Positions 19,721 through 30,705 of a stretch of DNA of 64,000 bases are shown here, piece after piece. The stretch comes from an uncultured Gemmatimonadales bacterium (lineage in GTDB: Bacteria > Gemmatimonadota > Gemmatimonadetes > Gemmatimonadales > Gemmatimonadaceae), in assembly GCA_963707505.1 (NCBI GenBank), contig CAVPQB010000002.1:32001-96000 (forward strand), given 5' to 3'. The translations under genes and the position numbers were made by a program. Under the pieces are notes generated by a model, which was not told where the DNA came from, searched no databases, and worked only from the letters and a program-made list of their open reading frames with translations. Every line of letters begins with the position of its first letter. Position 1 is the stretch's first letter.

Positions 19721-21851
19721 ATGTCGTTCCGTCTTCTAGTTGCATGGCTGCTCCTCGGCAGCGGCATCGCGACTCCAGCAATCAACGCACAGCAAGTGAA
19801 ATATCCCCAGACGCATCGCGGCGCGGTTTCCGACGACTACTTCGGAACCCGGGTCCCGGATCCGTACCGCTGGATGGAAGATCTGAACAGTCCGCAAACC
19901 GCGGCGTGGATCGGCGAACAGAATCACTTCACCAACTCGTTCCTGGCGCAGTTCCCGTTGCGCGACACGCTGCGCAACCGACTGACGGAGCTTTTCAACT
20001 ACGCACGCGTGACGGTGCCGCAGATGATTCCCGGAAAGCGACTTTTCTACCGGCGCAACGCGGGTCTCCAGAACCAGGCGGTGCTCTACGTGCGCGACGG
20101 TGTGGATGGCACGCCGCGCGCCGTGCTCGATCCCAATACGCTCTCCGCTGACGGATCGATCGCATTGCAGGAATCGGCTCCGTCTCCCGATGGACGCTAC
20201 CTCGCCTACGCACTCGCGCAGGGTGGCGCAGACTGGCGCACGGTACACATTCGCGACGTTGCATCGGGTCAGGATGTAGCCGATACGTTGCGCTGGGTGC
20301 GTTTCTCGGAGCTTTCATGGACGCGCGATGGTCGTGGGTTTTTCTACTCGCGCTATCCAGAGCCGCCTGCCGGCAGGGCGTTATCCGCAGCACTATCCGG
20401 GCACGCAGTCTACTATCACACCGTGGGCACGCCCCAGGCAGACGATCGTGCGATCCTTGGCGGTGGCGAGCTCGTCCGTTACTTCGTGGGATGCAACGTC
20501 AGCGACGACGGCCGTTACGTGTTCTGCACCGCAAGCGCGGGCGCAGACAACAGGAACCGGTTGTACTTCGCTGATCTGGCTGATCCCATGCATCCGAGCG
20601 TGAGCACTCCACTCACTTCGATCGTGAGCCAGGATCTCGCACAATTTCACGTAATCGGCAACGTCGGCTCTACCGCGTACATTCTGACCGACGAGGGCTC
20701 GCCACGCCGTCGTATCGTGTCGCTGGATCTTGCGACTGCAGACCGCGCGCACATGCGTACCGTAATTCCGGAATCGAACTTCGCTATAGAATCGGCGACA
20801 ATGGCCGGCGGCCGAATCGTCGTTCAGTATCTCGAGGATGTGAAGAGCATCGTACGCGTTTTCGACGTTCTGGGCAAACCCCTCGGCGCAATTCCGTTGC
20901 CGGGGGTGGGTACGGTGAGCGGACTGAGCGCACGGAATGACACGCCGGAGATGTTCTATGCATTCACGTCGCCACTCGTTCCGACGAGTGTGTACCAGTT
21001 CAACGTGGAGTCTCACGAGACCAGACCGTTCGAGCGGACCAGGCTGACGTTCGATCCAGCGACGTACGAGACCCGTCAGGTCTTCGCGACTTCGAAAGAC
21101 GGTACGAAGATCCCGCTCTTCATCACAATGAAGAGGGGAACGGTGTTGGACGGCTCGCATCCGACAATCCTGTACGCGTATGGTGGCTTCGACGTCAGTG
21201 TGCTGCCAGCGTTCAGCCCCGCAATTCCGGCATGGGTAGAGCGTGGGGGCATCTACGTAACCGCGAACATTCGCGGCGGCGGTGAATATGGTGAGGCATG
21301 GCACGAGGCGGGCATGCTCGCAAGGAAGCAGAACGTGTTCGACGATTTCGTCGCCGCAGCGGAATATCTGGTTACGGAACGATACACGTCGGCGCGCAAG
21401 TTGATCATGCAGGGCGGGTCGAACGGCGGACTACTTGTCGGCGCGGTTACAACACAGCGTCCCGACCTGTTCGCTGTCGCACTTCCCGCTGTCGGCGTGA
21501 TGGACATGCTTCGCTACGACAGGTTCACCGGCGGAGCCGCATGGGCCACAGAATATGGATCGTCGTCGGACTCGGCGATGTTCCCGGTGCTGCTCAAGTA
21601 CTCGCCGTTGCAGAACATCCGGGCCGGAACGTGCTATCCCGCGACGCTTGCAACTACTGCGGACCATGACGATCGTGTGGTGCCGAGTCATACGTACAAG
21701 TACGTAGCGGCATTACAGGCGGCACAGGCGTGTCCGAGGCCGGTGATGGTGAGGAGTCGAGACCCAGAGCAGTCACGGTTACCGGCCGACGATGAAGCTC
21801 ATCGCGGAGATTGCGGACGAGCTGACGTTTGCACTGGTGAACACGCCCTGA
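19721..21851 (+). CDS. Prolyl oligopeptidase (S9A), secreted; +1 frameshift near 21755
   Basis: DPYRWME, YAYGGF, RGGGEYG, GGSNGG (catalytic Ser), DHDDRV (Asp). The catalytic His segment VETQSSHGYRPT...VNTP* is in the shifted frame. Confidence 0.93.
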
Positions 21852-21876
21852 GATCAGGCGCGTGTCGTACGCGCCA

Positions 21877-22728
21877 TTACCATCTGTAATTCCAGGCAAA
21901 GGTCATCGCGCGTCCGCCGCTCATCTGAGATACGCCAACGGGAAGCAGCCACCTGTCGATAGCATTGTGCGGATGTGCTCGCGCGTACCGGACGACCACT
22001 CTGGATACGAGCGTCCCGACTGCTGCGCCGGCTACGACGTCACTTGCCCAATGCTTGTCCTCATAGATTCGTGCAGCCCCGACAAGGGACGCGGATGTAA
22101 ATAGTACGGGCGTCCACAGATGGGACGCATGTGGCCACAGGTATCCGATCTCCTGGCTTACAGCAGACGCTGCGGCAAACGCCGTCGTGACGTGACCCGA
22201 TGGGAACGACGTGTAGTTGTCATCGTGAAATCCGCGACCGAATTTGTACATGTGCGGATTCGTGTCGCTGCTGACGAATGGGCGAGCACGGCCGGCGAAT
22301 CCCTTGATCGCCAGTGTGGTGAGCCCGGCCGCACCTATGGACTCGATCGTACGGAGTCCGAGCTCCGCTGAGCGTGGCGAATCTTCGACCCGTCCATACA
22401 CGTACGTCGCGCCAGCGATGATGATTGAGCCTGGCTCGCCGAGCACGCGGAAGCCGGTCATCGTGTGCCTGAGTGCGGTGTTGTTCTGCAGCGACTGCCG
22501 TTGTGATTCGACTGCAATGTGGCGGTCCAACGGCATGACCGCCGCAGTGCCCAGCACGAATGCAGCCGCAGTGATCGCATCGCGTCGACTCAGGACATCG
22601 CTGTGATGGACCGATGTATCACTTATGGCGTCTTGTATGGCCTCTTGCGCGGCAACAGATGCGGTCGGAAGAATTGCAAGTGAGATGAATACAGCGACCA
22701 ACGCGATGCCATGGCGGCGACCTTTCAT
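21877..22728 (-). CDS. PAP2 family phosphatase
   Basis: KGFAGRARP, SFPSGH, ARIYEDKHWASDV. Confidence 0.92.
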   Translation of the reverse strand: MKGRRHGIALVAVFISLAILPTASVAAQEAIQDAISDTSVHHSDVLSRRDAITAAAFVLGTAAVMPLDRHIAVESQRQSLQNNTALRHTMTGFRVLGEPGSIIIAGATYVYGRVEDSPRSAELGLRTIESIGAAGLTTLAIKGFAGRARPFVSSDTNPHMYKFGRGFHDDNYTSFPSGHVTTAFAAASAVSQEIGYLWPHASHLWTPVLFTSASLVGAARIYEDKHWASDVVAGAAVGTLVSRVVVRYARAHPHNAIDRWLLPVGVSQMSGGRAMTFAWNYRW

Positions 22729-22752
22729 GCCGTCAATTGTAACCGTTTTACC

Positions 22753-24246
22753 TTACGCATAGATGTCAGCTCGAGTTAGCGGGATCTCCGAGCTGCCGTC
22801 ATCCCTGCGTTTCGCCAACAACAACTGATCTATCGCCAGCCGCCCGGAAGCGAATCCATATGCTGAAGCAGCCATGTACAGCCGCCAGATCCTGTAGATC
22901 TCCTCTCCCACAGATGCCACGGCGGTAGCACGCTCGGCTTCCAGCCTCTGCACCCACTTGCGCAACGTGAGCGCGTAGTGCTCGCGTAGCGACTCCGCAT
23001 CGCGCGTCTCGAAGCCGGCAGCTTCGGCGGTCGAAACGACTTCTGCGAGCTCAGGCAATTCACCGTCAGGGAACACATAGGTGTTGATGAAGGCGTTATC
23101 GCCCCACACTCTCTCGAAAACCCGATCACGAAGCTTGGGTTTCTGGTTGCCAGCCGCGTGGACGATTCCGTGGTTCAACAGCAGCCCGCCGGGCCGCAGA
23201 TACTTGAAGAGCCGCTCGAAATACACGGGCAGCTTGGCGCGCCCCACGTGCTCGACCATGCCGACGCTGGCAATCTTATCGAAATCTTGATCTGCCGTCA
23301 GATGGCGGTAGTCGCGCACCTCGACCGTGCAGCGCGATTCGAGGCCTTTTTCCCGGATTCGCTCCCGTGCAAATGCAGCCTGTTCGTAACTGAGCGTTAT
23401 CCCGAGGGCGTTGACGCCAAAGCGCTCGGCAGCATGCATTATGAGACCGCCCCAGCCGCAGCCCACGTCCAGCATTTTTTCTCCAGGGCTCAGTCGGAGC
23501 TTTCGGCAGATGTGCTCAAGCTTGGCTTCCTGCGCGTCGTCGAGCGATGCATCGATGTTTGTGAAGTAGCCACAGGAATAGACCATTCGTTTATCAAGCC
23601 AGAGCTTGTAGAAGTCATTGCCGACGTCGTAATGAGATCTCACGGCTGCGGCGTCGCGCTCCGGGGTATGAAGCGCGCCGGTCTCGGGTGCTCTGACGAC
23701 TGGATGTGGGGCCGGCGTATCGCCGACGGGAAGAGTCAGTAGCGCGCGGGTAAGCCGCGCGAGGCGGAATGGACTGGCGAGGCCGCCCCTCAGATTGCGT
23801 TCGAGCGCGGTGGCCCGCTCGATATCGCCAATGACGTCGAAATCGGCTGCGATGAAGGCTTCGCAGATGGAAAGCTCGAATGGGGGACGCAACATCCGGC
23901 GCAGCGTGCCGGGATGGTTCAGCACGAGCGTGAAGGCGGGCGTAGCATCGTTGGCGCCATCGACCTCTCCGTTCCAGAACTGGACTGCGAAGGTTCGTTG
24001 CTCGGGGGGCCCGAAAAGAAGCTCGAGGGCGGTACGTGCGGCTTCGAACTCACCGGAGGTTTTCGGGTAGATCGGGGGGGTGGGAGTCGGCGCCTGGTGG
24101 GCGTTAGCAACTGCGGAAGTTTGTGCCGGGTCGTCTATCAGGCGGCGGCGTGTGCGTGCCTGCTTGCGATCAATACCAGTACCCATGTGGCCATGCACTC
24201 CATGAGCGCCCAAGGCGCGAATGTGGTTCCCAAACCCATGTTGCAT
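22753..24246 (-). CDS. cfa: Cyclopropane-fatty-acyl-phospholipid synthase family methyltransferase
   Basis: HYDVGNDFY, MVYSCGYF, LDVGCGWGG, SVGMVEHVG, YVFPDG; start uncertain. Confidence 0.9.
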   Translation of the reverse strand: MQHGFGNHIRALGAHGVHGHMGTGIDRKQARTRRRLIDDPAQTSAVANAHQAPTPTPPIYPKTSGEFEAARTALELLFGPPEQRTFAVQFWNGEVDGANDATPAFTLVLNHPGTLRRMLRPPFELSICEAFIAADFDVIGDIERATALERNLRGGLASPFRLARLTRALLTLPVGDTPAPHPVVRAPETGALHTPERDAAAVRSHYDVGNDFYKLWLDKRMVYSCGYFTNIDASLDDAQEAKLEHICRKLRLSPGEKMLDVGCGWGGLIMHAAERFGVNALGITLSYEQAAFARERIREKGLESRCTVEVRDYRHLTADQDFDKIASVGMVEHVGRAKLPVYFERLFKYLRPGGLLLNHGIVHAAGNQKPKLRDRVFERVWGDNAFINTYVFPDGELPELAEVVSTAEAAGFETRDAESLREHYALTLRKWVQRLEAERATAVASVGEEIYRIWRLYMAASAYGFASGRLAIDQLLLAKRRDDGSSEIPLTRADIYA

Positions 24247-24467
24247 AAATCGCGCAGCGGCCGCTGGGCGAGGTCAGGATCGGAGAACGTCGGCGGCCGG
24301 AAGGCAATTCCAAACGTTTTGGCGTAGCAACCTGTAATGATGTTAGAAGAGGCCGAATATTTTTCGACCTCTCCGGCGGAACGCCGGAAACGCAGAGGCC
24401 TGCGGACGCTGCTAGACTGGCAGCGACGGCACACGGTGCCCGCCGCGGGCCGGTACAAACAACTTTC

Positions 24468-25916
24468 ATGACAATTCAATTGCAGCCTAGAGGAATTTCC
24501 GGCCGTTGGGGCGTCAGCACCGCAGGACGGACAGGAGGCCTGCTTCTTCTGATTCTGGGAGTCGCACTCCTTCCCGTCGTTGCCGCAGGGGCACAGGGCG
24601 CCACGAAGACTCAGGATTCCGTGAGCGCCGGCACTCAGCCGGTCACGCTCTCGGAGGCCATCCGGCTCGCGCAGCAAAACTCGCCGGCGGCGATTGGCGC
24701 GCGCGGCAGTGTGGAATCGGGCAGGGTGGCTGTCCGCACCGCTTACGGCGCGTTTTTGCCAAGCATCACGGCGAGCTTTGGCGCAGGTCGCCAGTTCACC
24801 GGTGCAGGATCACTTACGCGCGTGAACTCTGCGGGTGAGACTGTAACCATCGCTGGCGATAAATGGAACTACAGCAATTCGCTGGGATTCAGCGCTCAGT
24901 TGTTCAACTTCCAGAACTTTCCGAATCTCAATGCCGCGAAGGCCGAGGCTGCAGCGGCTACACAGGGCGCGGTCACGCAATCGTTCACAATCGCGCTGAA
25001 CGTGGAGCAGCAGTTCTATGCGTCGCTCTCGGCGCTCGAGAGTGAAGAAGCAGCACGCACCCAACTGGCGCAGGCGGTTCAGCAACTGGATGCGTCGCGC
25101 CGGCGTGTTGTAGCGGGTGCCGCGACTGCGTCTGATTCACTGACTGCGGTCGTGCAGATTGCAAATGCGCAGCTGGCACTTCGCTCTGCGCAGAATGCGA
25201 GGCGCGACGCCAACGCGACGCTCACCCGACTCGTGGGATCGAGCGTGCCACTTTCAGCTGCGCTCAACGATCCAGAAGTCACAGCGCGCGACACGGTGCA
25301 GATCGACAGTGCCGCAGTTGTCGCACGAGCAGAGGCTGCGCCCAATATTGCTCAGGACGTTTATCTGCTGACTGCCGCCGAACAGCGACGCAAGGCAGCA
25401 CGCGCCGCGTACCTGCCGACAATCAGCGCCAACTACTCACGCGGCGGGAGTGGCGCCGGAGCATATGGGCTTGGCAACGACCCTTTCATATACACCGGAC
25501 AGCTCAACTTCTCAATGAGCATACCGATTTTCAATGGATTCCAGAGGGAAGGACAGTTGGCGAACGCCACCATCAATCAGGCCAACGCTGCGGCGACGCT
25601 GCGGGACGCCAAGCTGGCGGCGCAACAACTATCCGTGCAGTACATCGACGCACTTCGTCTCGGGCAGGAGCAGGTCCTGGTCCAGACGGCCTCGATTGCC
25701 GCGGCAACTGAAAACGTGCGCGTGGTGCAGCAGCGGTACAATCTCGGACTATCAACGATCGTAGACTTGCTCACAGCTCAGACGACATTGAACCAGGCAC
25801 AAGCAAACCTCATCGCCGCGCGCAACACAGTACGGTTGGCAACGGCGCAGATCGAAGCACTCATTGGGCAGCCACTCGTCACCGTCACAACCGGATCGAA
25901 CGGAGTCACACGATGA
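24468..25916 (+). CDS. TolC-family outer-membrane efflux protein
   Basis: Signal region, TLSEAIRLAQQNSP, two LP-S/T-I repeats, RYNLGLSTIVDLLTAQ. Confidence 0.9.
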   Translation: MTIQLQPRGISGRWGVSTAGRTGGLLLLILGVALLPVVAAGAQGATKTQDSVSAGTQPVTLSEAIRLAQQNSPAAIGARGSVESGRVAVRTAYGAFLPSITASFGAGRQFTGAGSLTRVNSAGETVTIAGDKWNYSNSLGFSAQLFNFQNFPNLNAAKAEAAAATQGAVTQSFTIALNVEQQFYASLSALESEEAARTQLAQAVQQLDASRRRVVAGAATASDSLTAVVQIANAQLALRSAQNARRDANATLTRLVGSSVPLSAALNDPEVTARDTVQIDSAAVVARAEAAPNIAQDVYLLTAAEQRRKAARAAYLPTISANYSRGGSGAGAYGLGNDPFIYTGQLNFSMSIPIFNGFQREGQLANATINQANAAATLRDAKLAAQQLSVQYIDALRLGQEQVLVQTASIAAATENVRVVQQRYNLGLSTIVDLLTAQTTLNQAQANLIAARNTVRLATAQIEALIGQPLVTVTTGSNGVTR

Positions 25917-27536
25917 ACGGACGTACCAAGCTGCTCCTCGTATTGGCGGTAACGTCAATCGGCGCTTGCAGCAAGAAAAAGAATGACCAGGCAGCGGTCC
26001 CCACGGTTCAGATCGCACGTCGCGACATCATCGTCACGGCCCAGGCAACGGGAACCGTAGAGCCGGAAGATACGGTGCCTGTGAAGTCTCAGGCATCGGG
26101 CCTCGTAATGAAGATGCCGGTAGAAATCGGCCAGGTTGTCAAACCCGGCGATTTGCTGGTGCAGATCGACACGCGCACTCTGAACAACGATTATCAGCGC
26201 ACCAAATCTGCTGAAGCGGCTGCGGAGGCGAACGTCACGGTTACCAAGGCCGCGCTGCAGCGCGCGAATGATCTCTATGCCCAGAAGGTGATAACGGCCG
26301 ACGAGCACGAGACGGCAATCATCAATGCCGCCAACGCAACGTGCGCAGCTGGTCGCTGCGCAGGCCGCGCTCAGCACTGCACAACAGAACCTGGACTACG
26401 CCACGCTCCGGTCGCAGGTATCTGGTACGGTCATCAGCAAGACCGCCGCTGTCGGGACGGTCGTTTCATCGGCCACATCGAACGTTGGTGGTGGTAGCAC
26501 GATCCTCACCGTGGCCGATCTGCATCATGTTCGCATGCAGGCACTCGTCAACGAGACGGACGTCGGCAACGTTCACGAAGGCATGCCGGTCTCGGTCACG
26601 ATCGATGCGTTCCCCGGCCGCACGTTCGCCGGCACTGTGGAGAAGGTTCAGCCGCAGGCTGTCATCCAGAACAGCGTTACCATGTTCCCGGTTCTCGTCT
26701 CACTGCCAAACACGGACCTGGCGCTGCTCCCAGGCATGAACGGCGAAGTTTCCATCATAACGCAGCAGCGGCGTAATGTGATCGCGGTGCCGAACGACGC
26801 TGTGAGAAGCATGAAGGATGCAGTTGATATCGGCGCAGAGCTGAACATCAGTCAGGACACGATGGACGCCCTTGGCGTGCGCCGCGGTGGCGGGTTTGGT
26901 GGAGGAGGCGCTGGTGGCGCTCCTGGGGCTGGTGCCGCCGGTGGCGGAGGCGGTGCCCGTGCCGGCGGAGCTCGGGGTGGCCGCAGTGGCGGCGCTGGCG
27001 GCGGCGCTGGCGGCGCTGGCGGCGGTGGGTTCGGAGGCGGCATCACGGTGCCGGATTCCGTTTGCACTGGCGTAATGGCCAAGCTCAACAAGGTCAATGC
27101 GCGCGCCCTGCTCGATTCCATACGCACCCAGACACGTGCTGGCACGATTGATTCGACAACAGCCCGCAAGAAGACGGAAGCGATCTTCAAGAGTGCGAGC
27201 GTCGCGGCCGACACTGCGCGTGCATGCATGCGTGCAGCGTTCGCCGGCGGTGGCACGGGCGCCATTGGTGCACCCGTTGTAGCATTCGTGAAGACGCCGA
27301 CGGGATGGTCGCCGCGGATGGTACGACTCGGAGTCAGCGACTTCGATTACACCGAAGTCATCAGCGGACTGAAGGAAGGCGATGAGGTCGGGCTTCTCGC
27401 GACTATCGCTCTCCAGGCGTCGCGCGACAAGTCGAGCGCGCGCGCAAGATCGATGGTTGGTGGTGCATTGCCAGGTGGAAGCAGTACGACCCGGCCAGCC
27501 GCTGGTGGAGGCGGAGGAGGTGGACGTCCAAGATGA
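25913..27536 (+). CDS. MacA-like periplasmic adaptor (lipoprotein); +1 frameshift at about 26342
   Basis: ORFs 25913-26497 (ATGTVEP, VKSQASG, GQVVKPGDLL) and 26325-27536 (SQVSGTVI, VNETDV, LLPGMNG, EVISGLKEGDEV) join at AAC GCA ACG [T] GCG CAG. Confidence 0.88.
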
Positions 27537-28756
27537 TGCCTGTTGGAGAAACCCTATCGATCGCGATGACGGCGCTCCGAGCCAACAAAATGCGCTCGGT
27601 GCTCACGATGCTTGGCGTCGTTATCGGCGTCGGAGCTGTCATTGCGATGGTGGCGATCGGAAATGGAGCCCAGGAGGCCGTGAAGGCACGGATATCCGCG
27701 CTCGGAACAACTCTGATTTCGATCTCGCCGGGACAGATCTTTTCGCGCGGTCTGGCGTCGAGCACCGACCGCGCGAAGTTGACGATGGCGGATGCCGAAG
27801 CACTCCGGACGAATGCGAAGCTCATCACGCAGGTCGAGCCGGAAATGCAGAAGACAGCTCAGGTGCAGTATCTCAACAAGAACACCAGCACCGACATCTA
27901 CGGCACCACTCCGAATTATCCGCAGGTTCGCCTCTACACCGTCGCGTCCGGACGCATGTTCACGAACGCGGAGGACAAGGGCAGCCAACTGGTCGCGGTG
28001 CTCGGCGACGCCGTACTTCAGGACCTCGGTATCACGAATGGCGAGTCAGTCATTGGTGAGACCATTCGAATCCAGGGGATTCAGTTCAGGATCATCGGAA
28101 CGCTGGCGCCAAAGGGTCAGGGCACCGGATTCGGTAATCCCGATGACGAAGTCCTCATCCCCATCACGACGATGCGTTACCGCATCTATGGAAGGGATCA
28201 GCTACGTACGATCAATGTGCTCGCTCCGAACGACTCGCTGGTAACGGCGACGATGGCCGAGGCGCAGTCGATCCTCGCGCGCGCGCATCGACTCCGGCCG
28301 GGCGCGGAGAGCGACGTCAACATTCGAAGTCAGGCCGACTTCCTCAACACACTCGGGGAGACGACGGCGACCTTTACGTACCTGCTTGCCGGCATTGCAG
28401 CGGTCAGTCTGATCGTCGGCGGAATCGGTATAATGAACATCATGCTCGTGTCGGTGACTGAGCGCACACGTGAGATCGGTGTGCGGAAGGCGCTTGGCGC
28501 GACACGACTGAACATCCTGCTCCAGTTCCTGATCGAGGCCGTGGTGCTCTGCATGCTGGGGGGCATCGGCGGGATTCTGATTGGAGGTGGAGGGGCACTG
28601 GCGATGACGAAGATCGCCAACTGGAACGCATCTATCTCGGTGAGCGCAGTCCTCGTTGCATTCGCGTTCTCCGCCGTCGTGGGGATATTGTTCGGAGTGT
28701 GGCCTGCGCGCCGCGCAGCTTCACTGAACCCGATCGACGCACTGCGCTACGAGTAG
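27533..28756 (+). CDS. MacB/FtsX-family ABC permease
   Basis: RSVLTMLGVVIGV, GGIGIMNIMLVSVTERTREIGVRKALGA, PARRAASLNPIDALRYE. Confidence 0.95.
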   Translation: MMPVGETLSIAMTALRANKMRSVLTMLGVVIGVGAVIAMVAIGNGAQEAVKARISALGTTLISISPGQIFSRGLASSTDRAKLTMADAEALRTNAKLITQVEPEMQKTAQVQYLNKNTSTDIYGTTPNYPQVRLYTVASGRMFTNAEDKGSQLVAVLGDAVLQDLGITNGESVIGETIRIQGIQFRIIGTLAPKGQGTGFGNPDDEVLIPITTMRYRIYGRDQLRTINVLAPNDSLVTATMAEAQSILARAHRLRPGAESDVNIRSQADFLNTLGETTATFTYLLAGIAAVSLIVGGIGIMNIMLVSVTERTREIGVRKALGATRLNILLQFLIEAVVLCMLGGIGGILIGGGGALAMTKIANWNASISVSAVLVAFAFSAVVGILFGVWPARRAASLNPIDALRYE

Positions 28757-28778
28757 CGCGCACGAGTTGTTCGAAGTG

Positions 28779-28811
28779 AAAGGGGGCTCTGCATCCGCAG
28801 AGCCCCCTTTT
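28779..28811. terminator. Bidirectional intrinsic terminator
   Basis: AAAGGGGGCTCTGC-atcc-GCAGAGCCCCCTTTT between convergent genes. Confidence 0.9.
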
Positions 28812-28832
28812 GTCGTCATGGTGTAGCCAGCC

Positions 28833-29618
28833 CTATAGCGTGAAGCGCCATATCTCCTCGCCACTAGTCGGATCTGGAACCCGTCGCGCGGTCACCCGAA
28901 ACACCCGCTCGATGAGTTCGGTAGAGAGCTCGCGTGCATCGTCGGCTTCCTTTGCAAGACGGCCATTCTCCATCAGAAAGAATGCATCTCCGTAGTGGAA
29001 CGCGACGTTCATGTCGTGAAGAATCGCAACGACAGTGCATTCATGTGCTAGCAATTCACGCGCAACGTCCAGCAGATGGATCTGATAGTGAACGTCGAGG
29101 CTCGCGGTTGGTTCATCCAGAAAGAGATAGTTGTGAGGCGATGCGCCATCGTAGCTCCAAATCTGCGCGAGTACGCGCGCCAGCTGCACCTTCTGCTGCT
29201 CGCCGCCGGAAAGCGTCGGGTAGTGTTGCGCGCGACGCTCGAGCATTCCCACCATCTCGAGCGCGCGATCGACGATCTCGATGTCGTGAGCCCTCGGAGA
29301 GCGACCGTAATGCGGATACCGACCCATCAGAACCACATCCCGAACCGGCAGGGGAAAGGCGAGTTCGACGTGCTGCGACAGCACCGCGCGCCTCCGCGCC
29401 AGCTCGGTCGGTTCAAAATCGCGTACCGATTTTCCCTCGTACGTAACCTGGCCGGCCGAGGGACGCAACAGACCAGTCGCGATCTTGAGCAGTGATGACT
29501 TTCCGGCGCCGTTCGGTCCCAGAATTACGTTGAAGCGGCCACGACGGAAACGCGCAGTTACGTCGTCGAGAATCAGATTGCCGCCAGCACGATAGCTGGC
29601 TCCGACAACTTCAACCAT
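28833..29618 (-). CDS. hmuV: Heme/iron-chelate ABC transporter ATPase (HmuV-like)
   Basis: GPNGAGKS, LARRRAVLSQ, LSGGEQQKVQLARVLAQ, LDEPT. Confidence 0.88.
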   Translation of the reverse strand: MVEVVGASYRAGGNLILDDVTARFRRGRFNVILGPNGAGKSSLLKIATGLLRPSAGQVTYEGKSVRDFEPTELARRRAVLSQHVELAFPLPVRDVVLMGRYPHYGRSPRAHDIEIVDRALEMVGMLERRAQHYPTLSGGEQQKVQLARVLAQIWSYDGASPHNYLFLDEPTASLDVHYQIHLLDVARELLAHECTVVAILHDMNVAFHYGDAFFLMENGRLAKEADDARELSTELIERVFRVTARRVPDPTSGEEIWRFTL

Positions 29619-30669
29619 AGAAGCTCGCCGCGCCGCGCCGTTGCTGCCGCAGCAGGATCCAGAGAAATACCGGCGCGCCCACAACTGCCGTTATGATTCC
29701 CACCGGCAGCTCCGCCGGTGGAATTATCATGCGCGCCACGACGTCGACTATCGACATCATCACCGCGCCCAGCAATGCGGACGCGGGAATCAGGAATGTG
29801 TAATCAGAAGACTTGAGCATTCTCAACACGTGTGGAATAACGAGTCCAACGAAAGCGATGACACCAACCATCGCAGTTGCAACGGCCACCATCACCGTGT
29901 TGACGATGATGAGCCGCAGGATGAGCTTCTCGGGTTCCGCACCGAGAAAGGCAGCCTCGTCCTCGCCCAGCATGAGAGCATTGAGCGACTTTCCGTGCCG
30001 AACGGCAACGGCAAAGCATCCAGCGAACGCCACAGCCACCATCACGACACCGCGCCAATCGGCTGTGGTGAAGGTGCCAAGGTTCCAGAAGGTGATATTG
30101 CGGGCCTGTGGATCGCGTGCGATGTACGAGAGAAAACCGGTCCCTGCTCCGCATACGGCATTCACTGCGATCCCGGCCAGCAGCAACGTGAAGACGTTGA
30201 CCTTCCCGAACGAAGTGGAAACACGGTACACCAGCATGGTCGCGGCGAACGCGCCGATAAATGCCATTACGGGAACCGCCAGCGATCCGAGCGGCCGCGC
30301 CAGCGCGCTCGTGGTTCCAAACACGAACACCAGTGATGCGCCGAGCGCCGCACCTGCGGAAGTACCTGCGAGTCCCGGCTCTACGATCGGGTTGCGGAAT
30401 ATTCCCTGCATCAACGTGCCAGACACGCCCAGCACGGCTCCGGTCAATGCGGCGAGGAACACGCGCGGCAATCTGAGCTGAAGAAACACGTTCCGGCTGA
30501 GCGTGTCGGATGGCGCCGTCGTGATCCATCCGAGCCCTTCGCCAATGTGTCGCACCATCTCCGACGGAGTGAACGTGAACGCGCCGATTCCCGCCGAGGC
30601 GATGAGCGACGCGAGCAGAACGACTCCGAGAATAGAGTATGTTCCAGAATAGGCCGAGCGGTTCAGCAT
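29611..30669 (-). CDS. hmuU: FecCD/HmuU-family ABC permease
   Basis: LRLPRV, MQGIFRNP, LGEDEA, GVIAFVGLVIPH, ELPVGI. Confidence 0.9.
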   Translation of the reverse strand: MLNRSAYSGTYSILGVVLLASLIASAGIGAFTFTPSEMVRHIGEGLGWITTAPSDTLSRNVFLQLRLPRVFLAALTGAVLGVSGTLMQGIFRNPIVEPGLAGTSAGAALGASLVFVFGTTSALARPLGSLAVPVMAFIGAFAATMLVYRVSTSFGKVNVFTLLLAGIAVNAVCGAGTGFLSYIARDPQARNITFWNLGTFTTADWRGVVMVAVAFAGCFAVAVRHGKSLNALMLGEDEAAFLGAEPEKLILRLIIVNTVMVAVATAMVGVIAFVGLVIPHVLRMLKSSDYTFLIPASALLGAVMMSIVDVVARMIIPPAELPVGIITAVVGAPVFLWILLRQQRRGAASFYG

Positions 30670-30705
30670 TTCATGAATGGTAATCGGATTTGGATGACTT
30701 GTTGA

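Noticed and set aside
19721..21851. S9A peptidase as part of the lanthipeptide cluster
   Set aside because: It lies about 28 kb away, outside the island, with host-like composition; at most it acts in trans.
26330..26350. Programmed ribosomal frameshift in the adaptor gene
   Set aside because: No slippery sequence or stimulatory structure is visible, and similar insertions occur in unrelated genes.
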